A program made the position numbers and the translations under genes. Under the pieces are notes generated by a model. The model made no database searches, was not told the origin of the DNA, and saw only the letters and a list, made by a program, of their open reading frames with translations. A stretch of DNA of 62,580 bases, counting the filler. It is 9 parts of 9 records of this genome, joined end to end, with 100 filler letters (N's around TTAATTAATTAA, not from the genome) between each part and the next. Parts side by side here need not be neighbours in the genome. Positions count along the whole stretch, not along the records: positions 56,761 to 62,580 come from SRR31156797_34853; 8 more parts are not named here. One strand, written 5' to 3'. Below are positions 61,067-62,580 of the stretch, one piece after another. Every line of letters starts with the position of its first letter. The stretch's first letter is position 1.

Positions 61067-61825
61067 TTACTTGCTAATATCTTCTAAAAGGTATTTTATA
61101 TTATTTTTTTTCAAGAAATCTTCAAATTTACTAAACTGCTCATTAACTAAAATCTCATCAATACCATTTAAAGAAAGAACAACCATTCTTTTGTCATCAA
61201 ACATTTTAGGCAAAGAAGAGAGTTCAATACTGTTTGGAACAGTTTTCATAATATCTATTAAATCGTTTTCACCACAATATGCAGTAAGTGTTTTTCTATA
61301 CTTCAAAACATCATTTTTAGCATAATGTTTGTCTAAAGCTTCAACAACCATTGCTTTACTCATAGAGGGAAAACCTGGTGTAAAAAAGAATCTATCTTCT
61401 AGATAAAATCCAGGTACATTATTTACAACATTTTTTAATAGTTTTGCATTTATTGGTAGATGTGACATATACACTCTATGAGGATAAGCTTCATCTCCAA
61501 ATTGTTTGATAATTAACTCTTTTGATTCTTTATGAAATTCCATTTTTTCATCAGTGAATACTTTTGCTGCAATTTGTCTTGTATAGTCATCTGGAGTTGC
61601 TCCAATACCACCATAAGAAAACATAACAGAGTTTTCATCTGCTTTTATAAGTTTATAGATGTTTTCCATTAAAGTAACATCATCTTCAATTACAAAAGAG
61701 GCTTTATGTTTCCATCCTCTTTTTAGTAATTCCTCATTTAAAAAAGCAAAATGGGCATCTTTTCTTCGTCCATTTAATAACTCTGTACCAATAATTACAG
61801 AATAAAAGTTAACTTCTTTTTTCAT
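61067..61825 (-). CDS. CinA N-terminal/MoCF-domain protein
   Basis: IIGTELLNG..D, GGIGATPDDYT, PGFP. Confidence 0.88.
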   Translation of the reverse strand: MKKEVNFYSVIIGTELLNGRRKDAHFAFLNEELLKRGWKHKASFVIEDDVTLMENIYKLIKADENSVMFSYGGIGATPDDYTRQIAAKVFTDEKMEFHKESKELIIKQFGDEAYPHRVYMSHLPINAKLLKNVVNNVPGFYLEDRFFFTPGFPSMSKAMVVEALDKHYAKNDVLKYRKTLTAYCGENDLIDIMKTVPNSIELSSLPKMFDDKRMVVLSLNGIDEILVNEQFSKFEDFLKKNNIKYLLEDISK

Positions 61826-62394
61826 TATATTTTCAATTTAATAAATGAATCCATCTCATCAACAATCTCTTTAATAGTTCTTTCACCATTAATCTTTTTT
61901 AATAAGTTTTTAGATTCATAAAATGATTGGATTTGCTCTAATGGTTCAGTATAAACTTTCATTCTATTATTAAATACTTCCACATTATCATCAGCACCTC
62001 TAGCTCTTCCGAGAACTCTATCTCTTGCTACTTCTTCACTAACTTGAACTTCAATTATGTTTACTAATTCAACCTCATCTTCTGTTTGTAAAAACTTATC
62101 AAGTTCATCCATTTGTTCAAAGCTTCTTGGATATCCATCAATAATAACAACATCAGTTGGAGCGTTTTTAATTGCATTTATAATAGTTTCAATAGCAATA
62201 TCAATTGGCACAATATTTCCAGCACTAATATATTTATCAATCAAAGCTCCCCTTTGGCTTCCACTTGCAACTTCAGCTCTAAACATATCTCCAGTTGAAT
62301 AATGTGTAATATTTATATGGTTTTCTGCGATTAGTTCTGCATCTGTAGTTTTTCCACTTCCAGGTGCTCCGATTATTAAAAATAGTTTCTTCAT
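61825..62394 (-). CDS. adk: Adenylate kinase, short LID-less type
   Basis: [30 protein letters not shown]. Confidence 0.93.
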   Translation of the reverse strand: MKKLFLIIGAPGSGKTTDAELIAENHINITHYSTGDMFRAEVASGSQRGALIDKYISAGNIVPIDIAIETIINAIKNAPTDVVIIDGYPRSFEQMDELDKFLQTEDEVELVNIIEVQVSEEVARDRVLGRARGADDNVEVFNNRMKVYTEPLEQIQSFYESKNLLKKINGERTIKEIVDEMDSFIKLKI

Positions 62395-62526
62395 CTATAC
62401 CCTTTTTCAAAACCCAATTGTAGCAAAAGTCATTTAAATTCTTTATGTGATATTAAAAGCTTTTTGAATACAATACTGAAAAACTTAAGAACAACTCGTT
62501 GTTAACTTTAGAAAAGGAAAAGACAT

Positions 62527-62580
62527 ATGAACTTAATGCTATTTGGTGCACCAGGAGCTGGTAAAGGAACACAAGCAAAA
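62527..62580 (+). CDS. adk: Second adenylate kinase, N-terminus only
   Basis: MNLMLFGAPGAGKGTQAK after AAAGGA RBS; cut by window end. Confidence 0.8.
   Translation, partial: MNLMLFGAPGAGKGTQAK

Overview
This window is not one locus. It is nine unrelated contigs joined by artificial 100-nt spacers (44 N + TTAATTAATTAA + 44 N), so gene neighbourhoods only count within a contig. Taxonomic labels below are inferred from composition and protein style. (1) 1-7376, Desulfobacterota-like: NuoG/E/F-type NADH module, a divergent xanthine-dehydrogenase-family Mo enzyme, TetR and an SCP2-like protein. (2) 7477-12566, low GC: beta-propeller lipoprotein, FAD oxidoreductase, DegP, HIT and a degenerate P-type ATPase. 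(3) 12667-18279, high GC: two class-III PLP enzymes (one PbfA-like), nifA and a cluster-III-type nifH, with sigma54 promoters. (4) 18380-27579, Bacteroidota-like: Crp regulator and hydrolase, cysQ-cysC, wza-wzc, YjbH. (5) 27680-35646: an operon of cytidylyltransferase, PLP enzyme, CDP-alcohol transferase and PGM1-like ATP-grasp, then a Lys-rich peptide, metallophosphoesterase, small alarmone synthetase and methyltransferase. (6) 35747-43814, Clostridia-like: greA, lysS, TrmH, a DUF559 gene bracketed by structured inverted repeats, dprA, topA. (7) 43915-49106: UROD family, nfi, OYE, MEMO-AMMECR1 fusion. (8-9) 49207-62580, Arcobacter-like: Met biosynthesis, Zur/zinc uptake, nhaA, alr, mgtE, zntB and two divergent adk genes. 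The top candidates for an undescribed system are the REP-like cassette around the DUF559 nuclease (40274-40720) and the CDP-aminoalcohol/PGM1-like ligase operon with its adjacent Lys-rich peptide (28272-32387). I saw no rRNA, tRNA or CRISPR array. All calls come from motif recognition by eye; no searches were run.
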